Positions 8,100-16,505 of a stretch of 18,768 nt of DNA are shown here, in pieces (the first letter of the stretch is position 1; each line of letters starts with the position of its first letter). This DNA is from a virus. Its lineage: Duplodnaviria; Heunggongvirae; Uroviricota; Caudoviricetes. The translations under genes were made by a program, and so were the position numbers. Below the pieces are notes generated by a model, which did not search any database, had not been told where the DNA came from, and saw nothing but the letters and a program-made list of their open reading frames with translations. The DNA is taken from positions 1-18,768 of IMG/VR virus record IMGVR_UViG_2718217897_000009. The stretch is one strand, 5' to 3'.

Positions 8100-8135
8100 T
8101 TATGCCCCGGAGAAGCAGCAGACAAGCGGAGCGCG

Positions 8136-9185
8136 TCAGGATATGGGCGGGGTATCCAGCAGTGCGTAAGGGTTAAAACGGATCACCTCTTCGCCCAGCC
8201 AGTCATTAACGTGCTTCATCGCCTCCATCACCGGCATCAGTTCGTTGATCGCAAACACTCTGGCCGCCTTCTCCACATCACCAAAAGAACCCTGCCCGCT
8301 GGGCATTGCGCCCATCAGTTGTGGTGGTACACGGTGAGCGGCCAGCACATCATCACGGGAGGCCGCCTTGACGTTCATGAACTCATCCCGGGCGGTGATC
8401 TGCTGGAATGGCAGGATTTGCACACCGTCCTTCCCGCCGTTCGGTGCCTGGAGTAGCAGGTTCTTGAATGCCCCACCGCCTCTTGCGCCCTGCAACGCTC
8501 TTTCGAGAGCCTGCATACTTTCGCGATCAACCTGTGCTGCCCCCACGTAAATGATGCAGCCTGCATGTGAACCGTTGTCATAGTAGAGTTTGCGGAAGCG
8601 ATCTGCCGAGTGCGACAGACTGGCAGACAACAGGCCACCGAGATATTCCGGCATTCCGTACATCTCCTGGTTGATGTCGGGGTTCAGCACATGGCAGACG
8701 CGCCCCTGACGGAACTCGTGGTCCTGCTCCCCCGTCTGCACAAACCAGTACACATCCGGCTCAACACCACGACGGACGTATTTTGCCAGCGCGTGCCGTA
8801 GTTCCAGTTTTCCGCCCAGCCTGTTGGTGCGCAGTTCAAGAAACGCATTCCCGAAGACAAACCAGTCCAGCGCAAAGGCGGAGAACGCCTGCCGGGAGAG
8901 CAGCCGGTGCGGAATGAAGCAGCCCAGTATGGCATTCCGCTTGAAGTACAGCGCCGACTGGTGCCACGAGGTCTGCCGGGATGCCCGCGCCAGTCCGTAC
9001 CAGTCAACGGGCGTTTCGTAGTATCTGCCGTTACTCAGGCAGTATGCGTTATCCAGCAGGTCGAGTGCGTGCGCATCGTAAGGGCCGTCGAACGAGAAGG
9101 CGCTTAACGACGGCTGGCGGCGCAGTGCCTCTGCCAGCGCCACGCCGTCATCGCGGCGCGAATATTTTCGTTTTTGTTTTTTCAT
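8136..9185 (-). CDS. Phage portal protein (P2 gpQ-like), 349 aa
   Basis: Size and position match P2 Q (344 aa); start ATG overlaps the stop of the upstream terminase ORF (ATGA), as expected for the P-Q arrangement. The family assignment is a recollection-level call. Confidence 0.7.
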   Translation of the reverse strand: MKKQKRKYSRRDDGVALAEALRRQPSLSAFSFDGPYDAHALDLLDNAYCLSNGRYYETPVDWYGLARASRQTSWHQSALYFKRNAILGCFIPHRLLSRQAFSAFALDWFVFGNAFLELRTNRLGGKLELRHALAKYVRRGVEPDVYWFVQTGEQDHEFRQGRVCHVLNPDINQEMYGMPEYLGGLLSASLSHSADRFRKLYYDNGSHAGCIIYVGAAQVDRESMQALERALQGARGGGAFKNLLLQAPNGGKDGVQILPFQQITARDEFMNVKAASRDDVLAAHRVPPQLMGAMPSGQGSFGDVEKAARVFAINELMPVMEAMKHVNDWLGEEVIRFNPYALLDTPPIS

Positions 9186-9751
9186 CAGAACTCAATCACC
9201 CGCATTCCTGTTGCACCGTCCTCATCGCCCAGCGGCTCGTTAATGACGGCAAGCATGGTTGCCCACGCGAGGTCGCCGTGGTTTACGCCGCGTGTGCGGT
9301 CTGTTTCATACGTTATTGCCCCGCCCGCCGTTTTTGCCTTGCGCACAGCGTTGAATGCCCTGACCAGCTCACGTTCGCCCCGGTCATACTCCCAGCGCCC
9401 CGCACGAATAATCTGCAGCATCTTCAGCACAAGCGCGCGTTTGGATGCCAGCGTGAACGTGTACGGCACGGCGGCAGGCCAGAACCGCCGCACTATCTGG
9501 TACACTGCCTCACCGTTACCGCCGGTCACGTCGATACCAATGTGCTGGACGTTGTATTTGTGCGTGAACTGCTCAATCACACGGGCCTGCTCTTCAAATT
9601 CCAGCCCCTGCACCTGCAACGTCTCCACCGTGCGGAATTTGCCGCCCCTGACGGCAGGCGGTACAACAACAGACAGCGCCCCGCTGACGTAGCAGGAAAC
9701 AGGGGGATTTGCCCCTGTTTTTTTGTTCAGAATGCAGCCTTCACCATTCAT
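9185..9751 (-). pseudogene. 5'-truncated terminase large subunit (C-terminal nuclease domain only; ATPase domain missing)
   Basis: 188-aa ORF with terminase-nuclease-like features (IGIDVTGG ... VNHGDLAWATMLAV near the C-terminus) but no ATPase domain. P2 gpP is about 590 aa. The first ~18 codons overlap a hairpin/T-run and a tail-gene remnant, so the annotated start is probably spurious. Confidence 0.55.
9696..9723 (+). terminator. Rho-independent terminator-like hairpin (AAACAGGGG/CCCCTGTTT stem, T7 run)
   Basis: Inverted repeat followed by TTTTTTT on the plus strand. Confidence 0.45.
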
Positions 9752-9850
9752 CTCTAATCGTATTCAGTAATTCGCCCGCAGAAACAAACTAAAATTCATC
9801 CCCCGCATCACGCCACTGAAAGCAGACGGTAAACTCCAGATTTTCAAACC
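9726..9850 (-). pseudogene. Diverged remnant of the 3' end of a gpU-like tail gene
   Basis: About 70% nucleotide similarity to the 3' end of the intact U gene at 10508-10640, including the shared TTCAGAATGCAGCC and CTGAAAGC blocks; the minus-strand translation (..EFTVCFQWRDAGDEF*FVSAGELLN..) parallels the U C-terminus (..EFSISFQRCDEDMRERFQSASAGELLN..) but contains a stop. Confidence 0.4.
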
Positions 9851-10171
9851 AGCGTCAGAAGTATTTAAATGGCACCAGATGTAATATGCAGGCGATTAAT
9901 ATGGTGTGCTTAAAGATCATAAAAGCGGGCAACATTAAAACTCCGGGCTGTGTAAATTACCGCCACTCATAATCAGAGATGAAAACAGAATTAAACTGGC
10001 GGAGTGGATTGTATACATAAAATAAGTTCAGTTGTTGACTTTCACTTCCGTGAATTGATGAAGGTTATTACAATACATCGGTATGATCTCTCCTCCTTAA
10101 AAGGGAGGACTTTTCAGAACGCAGAAATTATTTATAATCCCGTAGTGTTCTATACATGCAAACATTCTTTT

Positions 10172-10195
10172 CCCGCCCCGTGCGGGCTTTTTTTT
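10172..10195 (+). terminator. Terminator-like hairpin (CCCGC/GCGGG stem, T8 run)
   Basis: Read directly; preceded about 35 bp upstream by a perfect TATAAT (10133-10138). Confidence 0.4.
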
Positions 10196-10285
10196 GCCGC
10201 AAAGATACAGTAACAAACAAAATTGTAATCATGGCAATCAAAACACGAGAAACATTTTCAGCAATTGCAATAACAAATTAAAATA

Positions 10286-10315
10286 TTGCAATTGACAATC
10301 CCCGCTTAATATAAT
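10286..10315 (+). promoter_or_regulatory. Sigma70-like promoter (-35 TTGCAA, 18-bp spacer, -10 TATAAT)
   Basis: Hexamers read directly; a terminator lies about 45 bp downstream, giving a predicted transcript of about 60 nt. Confidence 0.35.
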
Positions 10316-10359
10316 CCCTTCCGGAACATAGAACATTAAATCTTCACACAATGCATGTT

Positions 10360-10383
10360 GCCCTCTTTATGAGGGCTTTTTTT
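10360..10383 (+). terminator. Rho-independent terminator (GCCCTC/GAGGGC stem, T7 run)
   Basis: Perfect 6-bp GC-rich stem, 5-nt loop, TTTTTTT. Confidence 0.5.
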
Positions 10384-10401
10384 ATTTCCAGAATATCACC
10401 A

Positions 10402-10430
10402 TTGCCATCATCGGGCGATTTATATATAGT
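10402..10430 (+). promoter_or_regulatory. Sigma70-like promoter (-35 TTGCCA, 17-bp spacer, -10 TATAGT)
   Basis: Hexamers read directly; a terminator lies about 45 bp downstream. Confidence 0.3.
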
Positions 10431-10476
10431 CAGAATGTATTGACAACATTTTGCTTCTTTTCCATGAAGGCCATAA

Positions 10477-10506
10477 GGGAGTGCTTTTTACACTCCCTCT
10501 TTTTTT
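10477..10506 (+). terminator. Rho-independent terminator (GGGAGTG/CACTCCC stem, T7 run) abutting the U stop codon on the opposite strand
   Basis: Perfect 7-bp stem, 7-nt loop, T-run; oriented to stop plus-strand transcription before it runs antisense into the tail operon. Confidence 0.5.
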
Positions 10507-10508
10507 AT

Positions 10509-10967
10509 TCAGAATGCAGCCACAGGCATTTTGTCTTTAAGCGCGTTCAGCAGTTCGCCCGCAGAAGCAGACTGAAACCGCTCTCTCATATCCTCATCAC
10601 ACCGCTGAAAGCTGATGGAAAACTCAATCTTTTTTGCCTTTCCGTAACGATCCAGCTCGGAGCGGGTGGTCTGTAATCCTGTAATCACGTACATTCCGTA
10701 AATCTGCCCCGTGCCATCAATCAGCGGCCAGGGACATCCGGTGTAGGCCTGGGTGTTCAGCAGTGTCAGTGACACCTCACCACCGGTAATTTCCGGGTAC
10801 AACAGACCGGACAGCGTGATCTGATCGTCACCTGCGCCAATATACTGCCAGGCCGCAGAGCGGTTAATGCGCTCATTTTTCACATGTCGCCATGTTTTGC
10901 TCTGCTGGATCTGCTGATGCGGAAGCGTTTTCAGCTCAAACACAAACATGCCAAAAATCATCATCAT
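10509..10967 (-). CDS. Tail protein gpU-like (152 aa)
   Basis: Triple-Met start (MMMIFGMFVFELK...) preceded by AAGGAGA; size and position (immediately after the tape-measure gene) match P2 U. Confidence 0.8.
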   Translation of the reverse strand: MMMIFGMFVFELKTLPHQQIQQSKTWRHVKNERINRSAAWQYIGAGDDQITLSGLLYPEITGGEVSLTLLNTQAYTGCPWPLIDGTGQIYGMYVITGLQTTRSELDRYGKAKKIEFSISFQRCDEDMRERFQSASAGELLNALKDKMPVAAF

Positions 10968-10980
10968 AATTGCGTCTCCT

Positions 10981-13900
10981 TTAGTCCCTGTCGCGGAAGC
11001 TGTTCATGCCTGTACGCGCCTGTCTGCGCATCTCTTCGCGGACGGCCTCACCAACCAGTTTTGCCAGTTCGCGCGGATTCTGTGTGTTGACGTTGTGCAG
11101 ATGTACATGTATCTCACCGGAAAACGCAGCAGCCTGTGGTTGTGGCGTAGCTTCCCTTCTGGCCGCTTCCGGTCGCAACGGGGGCCGGATAGCCTCCGCG
11201 ACGGGAGCGGAAGCCATCACCGCCCCCGTCATACCTTCAGCCACGTTACGCGGCTGCGGCAGTGCGGAGACCTGGCGGGCCACGTTCACAACGGGAGCGG
11301 GGGCACTCACCGCAGGGGTGGGCAGTACACCTGTCAGTCTCTGCCAGAGCATTGTCAGTGCATCCGTCAGCCCTACGCCCGCCGATACCGCCTGCACCGT
11401 CCGGACAACCTGCGGTGCTTTCCACTCGCCGTGAATGATTTCGGGTCCGGGCAGATTTTTGAAAACAATATCGCCGGGACCGACGCGCCTGCGTGTTTCC
11501 TCAAGAAGCCCGCCTGTATTGCTGGCGGTTTTCTGTATCCCCTGCCGGAACCATGCCTCATCCAGCGGGGATTTGCTGCCGGGTTTGCCGACCGGATTGT
11601 CCGCCGTTCCCCTCACCTCTCCGGGAACAGCAGGGGCAGGTTTATTGTCACCGTTGTTTTCCGCTGCATCTGATGACCACGACCATGTTTTCTGCACCAT
11701 TTTTTTCTGTGCAGGATCCCACTCCCACGCAACCGGCGCTTTTTGTGTGGACTGTTTTGCGGCGCTCTCCTGGAGTTTTTGCGTCTCCTTCTGTGCCTCT
11801 TTGATGCCGTCCGGGATGACACCCAGCCACTTCAGCACGGTACCGAGGCCATCAAGGAGCAGCGTCATCGGCCCCAGCACAATGTTCTGAATGACCCACC
11901 CCAGCGTTTTCCCGAACGACTCCCCTGCACTGGTGCATTTGTCGAGCGTCTCTTTTGAGGCGTTTGCAGGTTCAAGCAGGCGGGTGAACCACTCCCACAC
12001 GGCTTTGATGCCGTCACCAATCAGCCCGAACACCGGAGCCAGCGATGCAAAGGCTTCCCGCAGCGGTTGCAGCGCCTCCCACACTCCGGCAAAAAAGCCG
12101 GAAAAAAACGCGCTGATCGGATCCCAGTATTTCCACACCAGAACCGCGCCGCCCACCAGGGCGGCAACAATCAGCCCGACCGGACTGAACAGCGCCCCCA
12201 GTGCGCCACCCAGAACCGACACCGCCCCCGTGACCAGCCCCCACAGCGCAGGCAGCCCCGTCAGGCGCAGTGCCATCGCAGACACAAGCCGGACAGCACC
12301 ACCAATGCCACCGCCCCCCGTCAGCAGCCCCAGTCCCAGTTGCAGTTTTGCCAGCGGCCCCGCAATCAGCCCGAGCGTCAGTGACAGCGCACCGAACGTG
12401 GAAGACAGCGCCAGAACACTCCCGCCGGTCAGCACCAGGACTCTGACCAGCGCCTGATGCTCTCCGGCCCATTCGCGCATCCGGGTCACCCACGCGCTCA
12501 CCGTCTGAACCAGCCCGCGCAAATCCTCGGTCACAGTACCGAAGATGTCCGTGCGTAGCCCTGAGAACGCACCACTCAGCGCCTGAATATCGCCGGAAAG
12601 ATTACCGCGCAGCGTCTGCCCCATGCGGTCTGCCACGCCGCTGACATCACCCAGGTTGTCACGGACATCGGCCAGCGCCTTTAAGAACTGCGGGATCTGG
12701 TCAACGGAGAGGTCTTCAACGGGTGTGCCGAACAGCGCAATGGCCGTGTTCGCCCGCTCTGCCGGGTCACGGATGGCCAGCAGTGCACGGGCGGTCACCT
12801 GCATCGCCTGACGAGCGGTGCTGCCTCCCTGTGCAATGGCAGCAGACACCCGCTCAGCATTCAGGCCGAGAGTCTCATACGCTGAGACACTGGATTTCGA
12901 CATATCCGAACCCCGGATGCTGAACTCCTTCACGGCATCGCCGGTTTTGTCCAGCGCAAACTTGCCCTGCTTTGCCATCTCAACCAGCAGACTCATTGTC
13001 TCGCTGCCGGTGAAGCCCATGTTGCGGAAGTGGGTGGAATACTCGTGCAGAATTTCCGGCAGTTCATCGCGCATTTCAGCGGACATACGCTGCATCCCTG
13101 CCGTCATCAGGTTAGTAGCCTCGTCACTGCTGGCAGCCAGCCCGTTCTTCATCATGATGGCAGCGGCCTGAATGCTCTGCGGCACATCAACACCAAAGAC
13201 GGTCCGCATATCCAGCGCACGACGGCTGATGCGCTCCAGTTCCCGGTCGCCGGTGTCGCCCAGTGCACCGAGCGTACTGCGTACCGCACTCACAGCCTCC
13301 GCAGCACCGGCAAAATCAGCGAGACCGTCAGCCTGTATGTTACGAATAATGTGGGTGTAACGTGCGCCATCCTGTGCGCCTTCCCCCGAACCGGCTGCGA
13401 TGACCGCACCGTGCTGTTCGGACTCCATCGCCGGAGCCATCATACGCTGCGCCGCATACAGGCCGCCTGTACCCGCCGCCATCGCCACAGCCCCTGTGTT
13501 GCGCAGTTTTTCCGCCTGTGCCTTCGCGGCCTCATAGCGGCTCTGTGCCTGCGTCACGCGAGCCAGAGCCTGCCGTTCACGCTCGAGCTGCTCGTTGTAC
13601 TGCTGTGTACGGCGAACGGCACTTTCAATGGTGCGGCTGCTGCCGGAAAGCAGAATGCCGTGTTTGCGCATTTCCCCTGCCGCCGCCTGAAGTTTTTCGC
13701 GTTCGCGCGTGCGCAGCTCGTTCAGGCGCTCAAGCCGCGCGGAGAGTGCCGCCAGCGTTTCACGCTGCTTTTCGGAGAGGATGTTACCGTTCTGCTCTGC
13801 CTTTCGCAGCCCGGCGAGCCTCTGCTCCGCGCGGGCAATCTGTTCGCGGTATTTACTGAGATTTCCGGCGGCACGTTCGAACACCTTCGACTGCCTGTCG

Positions 13901-14067
13901 AGCGTCTGTATGTTGTCCTGCGTCTTCTGAAGGGATTCAGTGAGAGCGCCCACCTGACGGCGGGCGTTTTCGGTCGGGCGTGTCAGCCGGTCAATTGCGC
14001 CAAAGCTGACACGAATATCAAGGGATTTCACTGTTGCGGACTCCGCTACGTTGCGCCGCCCGCTCAC
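10981..14067 (-). CDS. Tail tape measure protein (gpT-like), 1028 aa, GTG start
   Basis: Very long ORF with an N-terminal coiled-coil-like region, a central Gly/Ala/Leu-rich hydrophobic segment and a position between E/E' and U; typical of tape measure proteins. Confidence 0.9.
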   Translation of the reverse strand: MSGRRNVAESATVKSLDIRVSFGAIDRLTRPTENARRQVGALTESLQKTQDNIQTLDRQSKVFERAAGNLSKYREQIARAEQRLAGLRKAEQNGNILSEKQRETLAALSARLERLNELRTREREKLQAAAGEMRKHGILLSGSSRTIESAVRRTQQYNEQLERERQALARVTQAQSRYEAAKAQAEKLRNTGAVAMAAGTGGLYAAQRMMAPAMESEQHGAVIAAGSGEGAQDGARYTHIIRNIQADGLADFAGAAEAVSAVRSTLGALGDTGDRELERISRRALDMRTVFGVDVPQSIQAAAIMMKNGLAASSDEATNLMTAGMQRMSAEMRDELPEILHEYSTHFRNMGFTGSETMSLLVEMAKQGKFALDKTGDAVKEFSIRGSDMSKSSVSAYETLGLNAERVSAAIAQGGSTARQAMQVTARALLAIRDPAERANTAIALFGTPVEDLSVDQIPQFLKALADVRDNLGDVSGVADRMGQTLRGNLSGDIQALSGAFSGLRTDIFGTVTEDLRGLVQTVSAWVTRMREWAGEHQALVRVLVLTGGSVLALSSTFGALSLTLGLIAGPLAKLQLGLGLLTGGGGIGGAVRLVSAMALRLTGLPALWGLVTGAVSVLGGALGALFSPVGLIVAALVGGAVLVWKYWDPISAFFSGFFAGVWEALQPLREAFASLAPVFGLIGDGIKAVWEWFTRLLEPANASKETLDKCTSAGESFGKTLGWVIQNIVLGPMTLLLDGLGTVLKWLGVIPDGIKEAQKETQKLQESAAKQSTQKAPVAWEWDPAQKKMVQKTWSWSSDAAENNGDNKPAPAVPGEVRGTADNPVGKPGSKSPLDEAWFRQGIQKTASNTGGLLEETRRRVGPGDIVFKNLPGPEIIHGEWKAPQVVRTVQAVSAGVGLTDALTMLWQRLTGVLPTPAVSAPAPVVNVARQVSALPQPRNVAEGMTGAVMASAPVAEAIRPPLRPEAARREATPQPQAAAFSGEIHVHLHNVNTQNPRELAKLVGEAVREEMRRQARTGMNSFRDRD

Positions 14068-14598
14068 GCCAGCTCATCACCTCGACGAGAGGCATTGAGA
14101 ATATCCCGCCGGGCGACCAGTTAAACACGACTGCTATATCGGCGACCAGTTCTTCAACGTTGTCGAACTTCGCCAGCGTGATTACGCTTCCATCACCGCC
14201 ACGGACGGTTTCGCAGACTCCGTGGGAGCCAAAAAATTCGCCACCAGAGTTGCCAGCGCCACGAAATCACCGGTGGACAGTGACTGAATTTCTGCCAGCT
14301 TCAGGCGTGGTGCGGTCACGCGCGAAAGCAGCGTCATCATCGGGTCCGTTTTGAGGTTCAGCACCTCAATCAGAGACAGCCCGCGCAACGAGCCTGCCTG
14401 GCGGATTTCCTCGCCAATCTCCACATAGTCAATAACGCGTTCGCCACGCACCACCGGGCAGGATAACTGCACACCCGTTTTTTCCTCTGCGGCTTCTGCG
14501 TTATCCACGGTGTTTTCCTCTGCCACATCGATGTTTTCAGTGGTGGTGTCACCTGCGACGATTTCGCTGTTCATGATGTCATCTTTCTTTGCTGCCAT
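14018..14598 (-). CDS. gpE+E' fusion produced by programmed -1 frameshift at T TTT TTG (14230-14236); extension ends at TGA 14018-14020, overlapping the tape-measure start
   Basis: The -1 frame after the slippery site is open for about 70 codons (FFGSHGVCETVRGGDGSVITLAKFDNVEELVADIAVVFNWSPGGIFSMPLVEVMSWRERAAQRSGVRNSEIP) and terminates inside the start of T, the geometry known for P2 E/E'. Confidence 0.55.
14182..14598 (-). CDS. Tail assembly chaperone gpE-like (zero-frame product, 138 aa)
   Basis: ORF between the tube and tape-measure genes with a GGAG RBS; contains the conserved slippery heptamer near its 3' end. Confidence 0.75.
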   Translation of the reverse strand: MAAKKDDIMNSEIVAGDTTTENIDVAEENTVDNAEAAEEKTGVQLSCPVVRGERVIDYVEIGEEIRQAGSLRGLSLIEVLNLKTDPMMTLLSRVTAPRLKLAEIQSLSTGDFVALATLVANFLAPTESAKPSVAVMEA

Positions 14599-14613
14599 TT
14601 TTCTTTCTCCTGT

Positions 14614-14632
14614 GGCGGCACAATGTGCCGCC
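14614..14632. other. Perfect 19-bp palindrome GGCGGCACA-A-TGTGCCGCC in the FII-E intergenic region
   Basis: Read directly; no T-tract; possible mRNA stem-loop modulating expression between tube and chaperone genes. Confidence 0.4.
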
Positions 14633-14644
14633 CTGTTAATGCTG

Positions 14645-15160
14645 TCAGTTCAGACCGAGCGCCGAACTCACGCGGTCACCAAAGACGTTCTGGCCGTCTT
14701 TTTTGTAGATGAAGTTCAGCAGGTCGATTTCTGTCACATCGCTGTCATCCACCGACTCCTTGTAGTAGGTGTTTTTGACGGCGAAGGTGTACTGTGTGGT
14801 GTCGCCCTGTTTGGTTTCGCCACGGTCGATTTCCGTGATGCGTCCGCGCATCTCCACCTCAAGGATCTGACTTTCCTCACCATCGGTGAACAGCTCACCC
14901 ACAAAGCGCAGCGCCACTTCGTTAATGTCAGTGGCGTATTCCTGGAGCAACTCTTTTTCAACACCGCCGGTGGTGAATGAGGCATCCAGTGCGCCGTCAT
15001 CCAGTCCGAGGTCAATATACACCGCACCCAGCATCCCGCCACCGCGATAGGCTTCGGTTTTTCGGGTCAGTTTAGGCAGAGTGACGCCTGTCACCGTGCC
15101 GATTTTGTTTTTGCCGTTCACAAACAGCGTGAACTGGCGAACGTAACGTGGTACAGCCAT
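14645..15160 (-). CDS. Tail tube protein gpFII-like (171 aa)
   Basis: Translation MAVPRYVRQFTLFVNGKNKIGTVTGVTLPKLTRKTEAYRGGGM...VDLGLDD resembles P2 FII; GGGAGGTG RBS; start abuts the FI stop. Confidence 0.9.
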   Translation of the reverse strand: MAVPRYVRQFTLFVNGKNKIGTVTGVTLPKLTRKTEAYRGGGMLGAVYIDLGLDDGALDASFTTGGVEKELLQEYATDINEVALRFVGELFTDGEESQILEVEMRGRITEIDRGETKQGDTTQYTFAVKNTYYKESVDDSDVTEIDLLNFIYKKDGQNVFGDRVSSALGLN

Positions 15161-16342
15161 TTACGCACCTCCCAGCGTTGCAAAAGCGGAGTCGAAATAC
15201 TCATCCGTGAAGGTCTGGTACAGCGTCAGGTCTTCCATCGGCGGCACTGATGTGTACTTGTAGCGGATACGCACGCGCCCCTGACGTAAATCCGTCGTGC
15301 CGTTGTCCAGCACGTCATACCAGCACTCCGCACCGATAAGTTTTCCGGCGGTGACCAGGGCATTGAGTTTTGCGCGGATGGCGCTAATCACGTCCTTCAC
15401 GTTCGCCGGGGTCAGCGGTTCGTCAATGGTTTCGAACTGCGCCTCAGCGATGGTATCTGCCAGAATCTGCGCTGTGCGCGTGTACACCTCAAAGATGTAG
15501 TCGCTGGTTTCGGCAGTACGGTTCCCCCAGAAGCGGAAGCCGTTACGGCGAATAATCGTGGTGATTTCCTTGTTGTTCAGGTTGTTCGCATCACTGTCTT
15601 CAGCCTGCAACGACCAGAACACCTGCTGCGACATACCGAGCACATTTTTCAGCGCCACGTTGGACAGTGACTTGTGCCAGCCCTGCTCACTGTCAATCCG
15701 CGCACGCAACCCGCACGCATACGCCGCAGCCGGAAATGTTTCGTTATTTCCGCTCACCGGGTTGTAGGCAATGAAGTCAGGCCACAGCAGCATCAGCTCA
15801 CGCGCGGAGAACTTAGCGCGGTAAGTGATTGCCTCCGCCATCGTGCCACAGCCGTTACATCCGGCGTACACAAAGGCGCGGAGCTTGTCCGCAATGACGC
15901 ACAGGGCAGATGTGACAGCTTCGGTATCAAGGCCGGGAGCCGCCAGAATACGCGGGCGGTAACCAATGCTCTCGTCCTGTTCGGCAACCAGCAGCGCATA
16001 CATACCCGTATAGCTGCCGTCAGCCTGCGAACCACCGATGACAAGCTGGTCCTGTGTCTCACCTTCCTCTCCGGCTTCTGCCACACGCACCACGATAACC
16101 TTCGGGCTGGTCTGGTCGGAAATCGCCTTGAGCGTTTTGTACAGCGTGCCTGTTGTGCCTGCCTTACCCAGCACATTCGCCACGCGGGTGATCAATACGG
16201 GCCTGTTTAACGGGAACGCGTCGCTGTCTGCATCGTCCGCCGTGGCCACGATACCGATGACACTGGAATCAATGTCATTAATCGCGGTCACGAGGTCGGT
16301 GTTTTCTTTGACGCGTGCGCCGTGAAAGCGTGTTTCACTCAT
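15161..16342 (-). CDS. Contractile tail sheath protein gpFI-like (393 aa)
   Basis: Translation MSETRFHGARV...PLNRPVLIT...KLRAFVYA...ELMLLWPDF...QGWHKSLSNV...IRRNGFRFWGNRT...YTRTAQ resembles P2 FI; start chosen at the internal ATG preceded by AGGAGG. Confidence 0.9.
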   Translation of the reverse strand: MSETRFHGARVKENTDLVTAINDIDSSVIGIVATADDADSDAFPLNRPVLITRVANVLGKAGTTGTLYKTLKAISDQTSPKVIVVRVAEAGEEGETQDQLVIGGSQADGSYTGMYALLVAEQDESIGYRPRILAAPGLDTEAVTSALCVIADKLRAFVYAGCNGCGTMAEAITYRAKFSARELMLLWPDFIAYNPVSGNNETFPAAAYACGLRARIDSEQGWHKSLSNVALKNVLGMSQQVFWSLQAEDSDANNLNNKEITTIIRRNGFRFWGNRTAETSDYIFEVYTRTAQILADTIAEAQFETIDEPLTPANVKDVISAIRAKLNALVTAGKLIGAECWYDVLDNGTTDLRQGRVRIRYKYTSVPPMEDLTLYQTFTDEYFDSAFATLGGA

Positions 16343-16505
16343 GAGCACCTCCTGGTGTTTTTTCTGTGGCACTATCCTCCCGAAAAACACCCCGACACTC
16401 ACGCGCCGCCCCTTCTCGCCGCTCTCCTACAACATGCGCGGCTCGCGGTGTATTTCGCGTGTGTGGAATGATTTGCAGGACGAAGACACTGACGGAGAAA
16501 GCGGG

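Noticed and set aside
8981-9757. 258-aa and 172-aa plus-strand ORFs overlapping the portal and terminase genes
   Set aside because: Antisense shadow ORFs in GC-rich coding sequence; Arg/Pro/Ser-rich low-complexity translations.
9696-10506. Possibility that the repeated hairpin units form a CRISPR array
   Set aside because: The repeats are not identical, spacing is irregular (about 120-470 bp), and each unit has a T-run and promoter-like hexamers; this does not fit CRISPR repeat-spacer architecture.
10004-10676. Small ORFs (10004..10213, 10440..10676) in the AT-rich island
   Set aside because: No RBS, they run through predicted terminator hairpins, and one extends antisense into the U gene. 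The promoter-terminator architecture fits non-coding units better.
11006-14124. Many ORFs on both strands (e.g. 13030..14124, 10948..11673, 11891..12457, 12014..12493) within the tape-measure gene
   Set aside because: All overlap the 1028-aa tape-measure ORF, which has coherent protein-like composition; the alternatives are low-complexity and typical of GC-rich shadow frames.
15674-16325. Plus-strand ORFs (15674..16210, 16038..16325) and minus-strand 15793..16176 overlapping the sheath gene
   Set aside because: They overlap a clearly sheath-like gene on the opposite strand or in another frame; no independent support.
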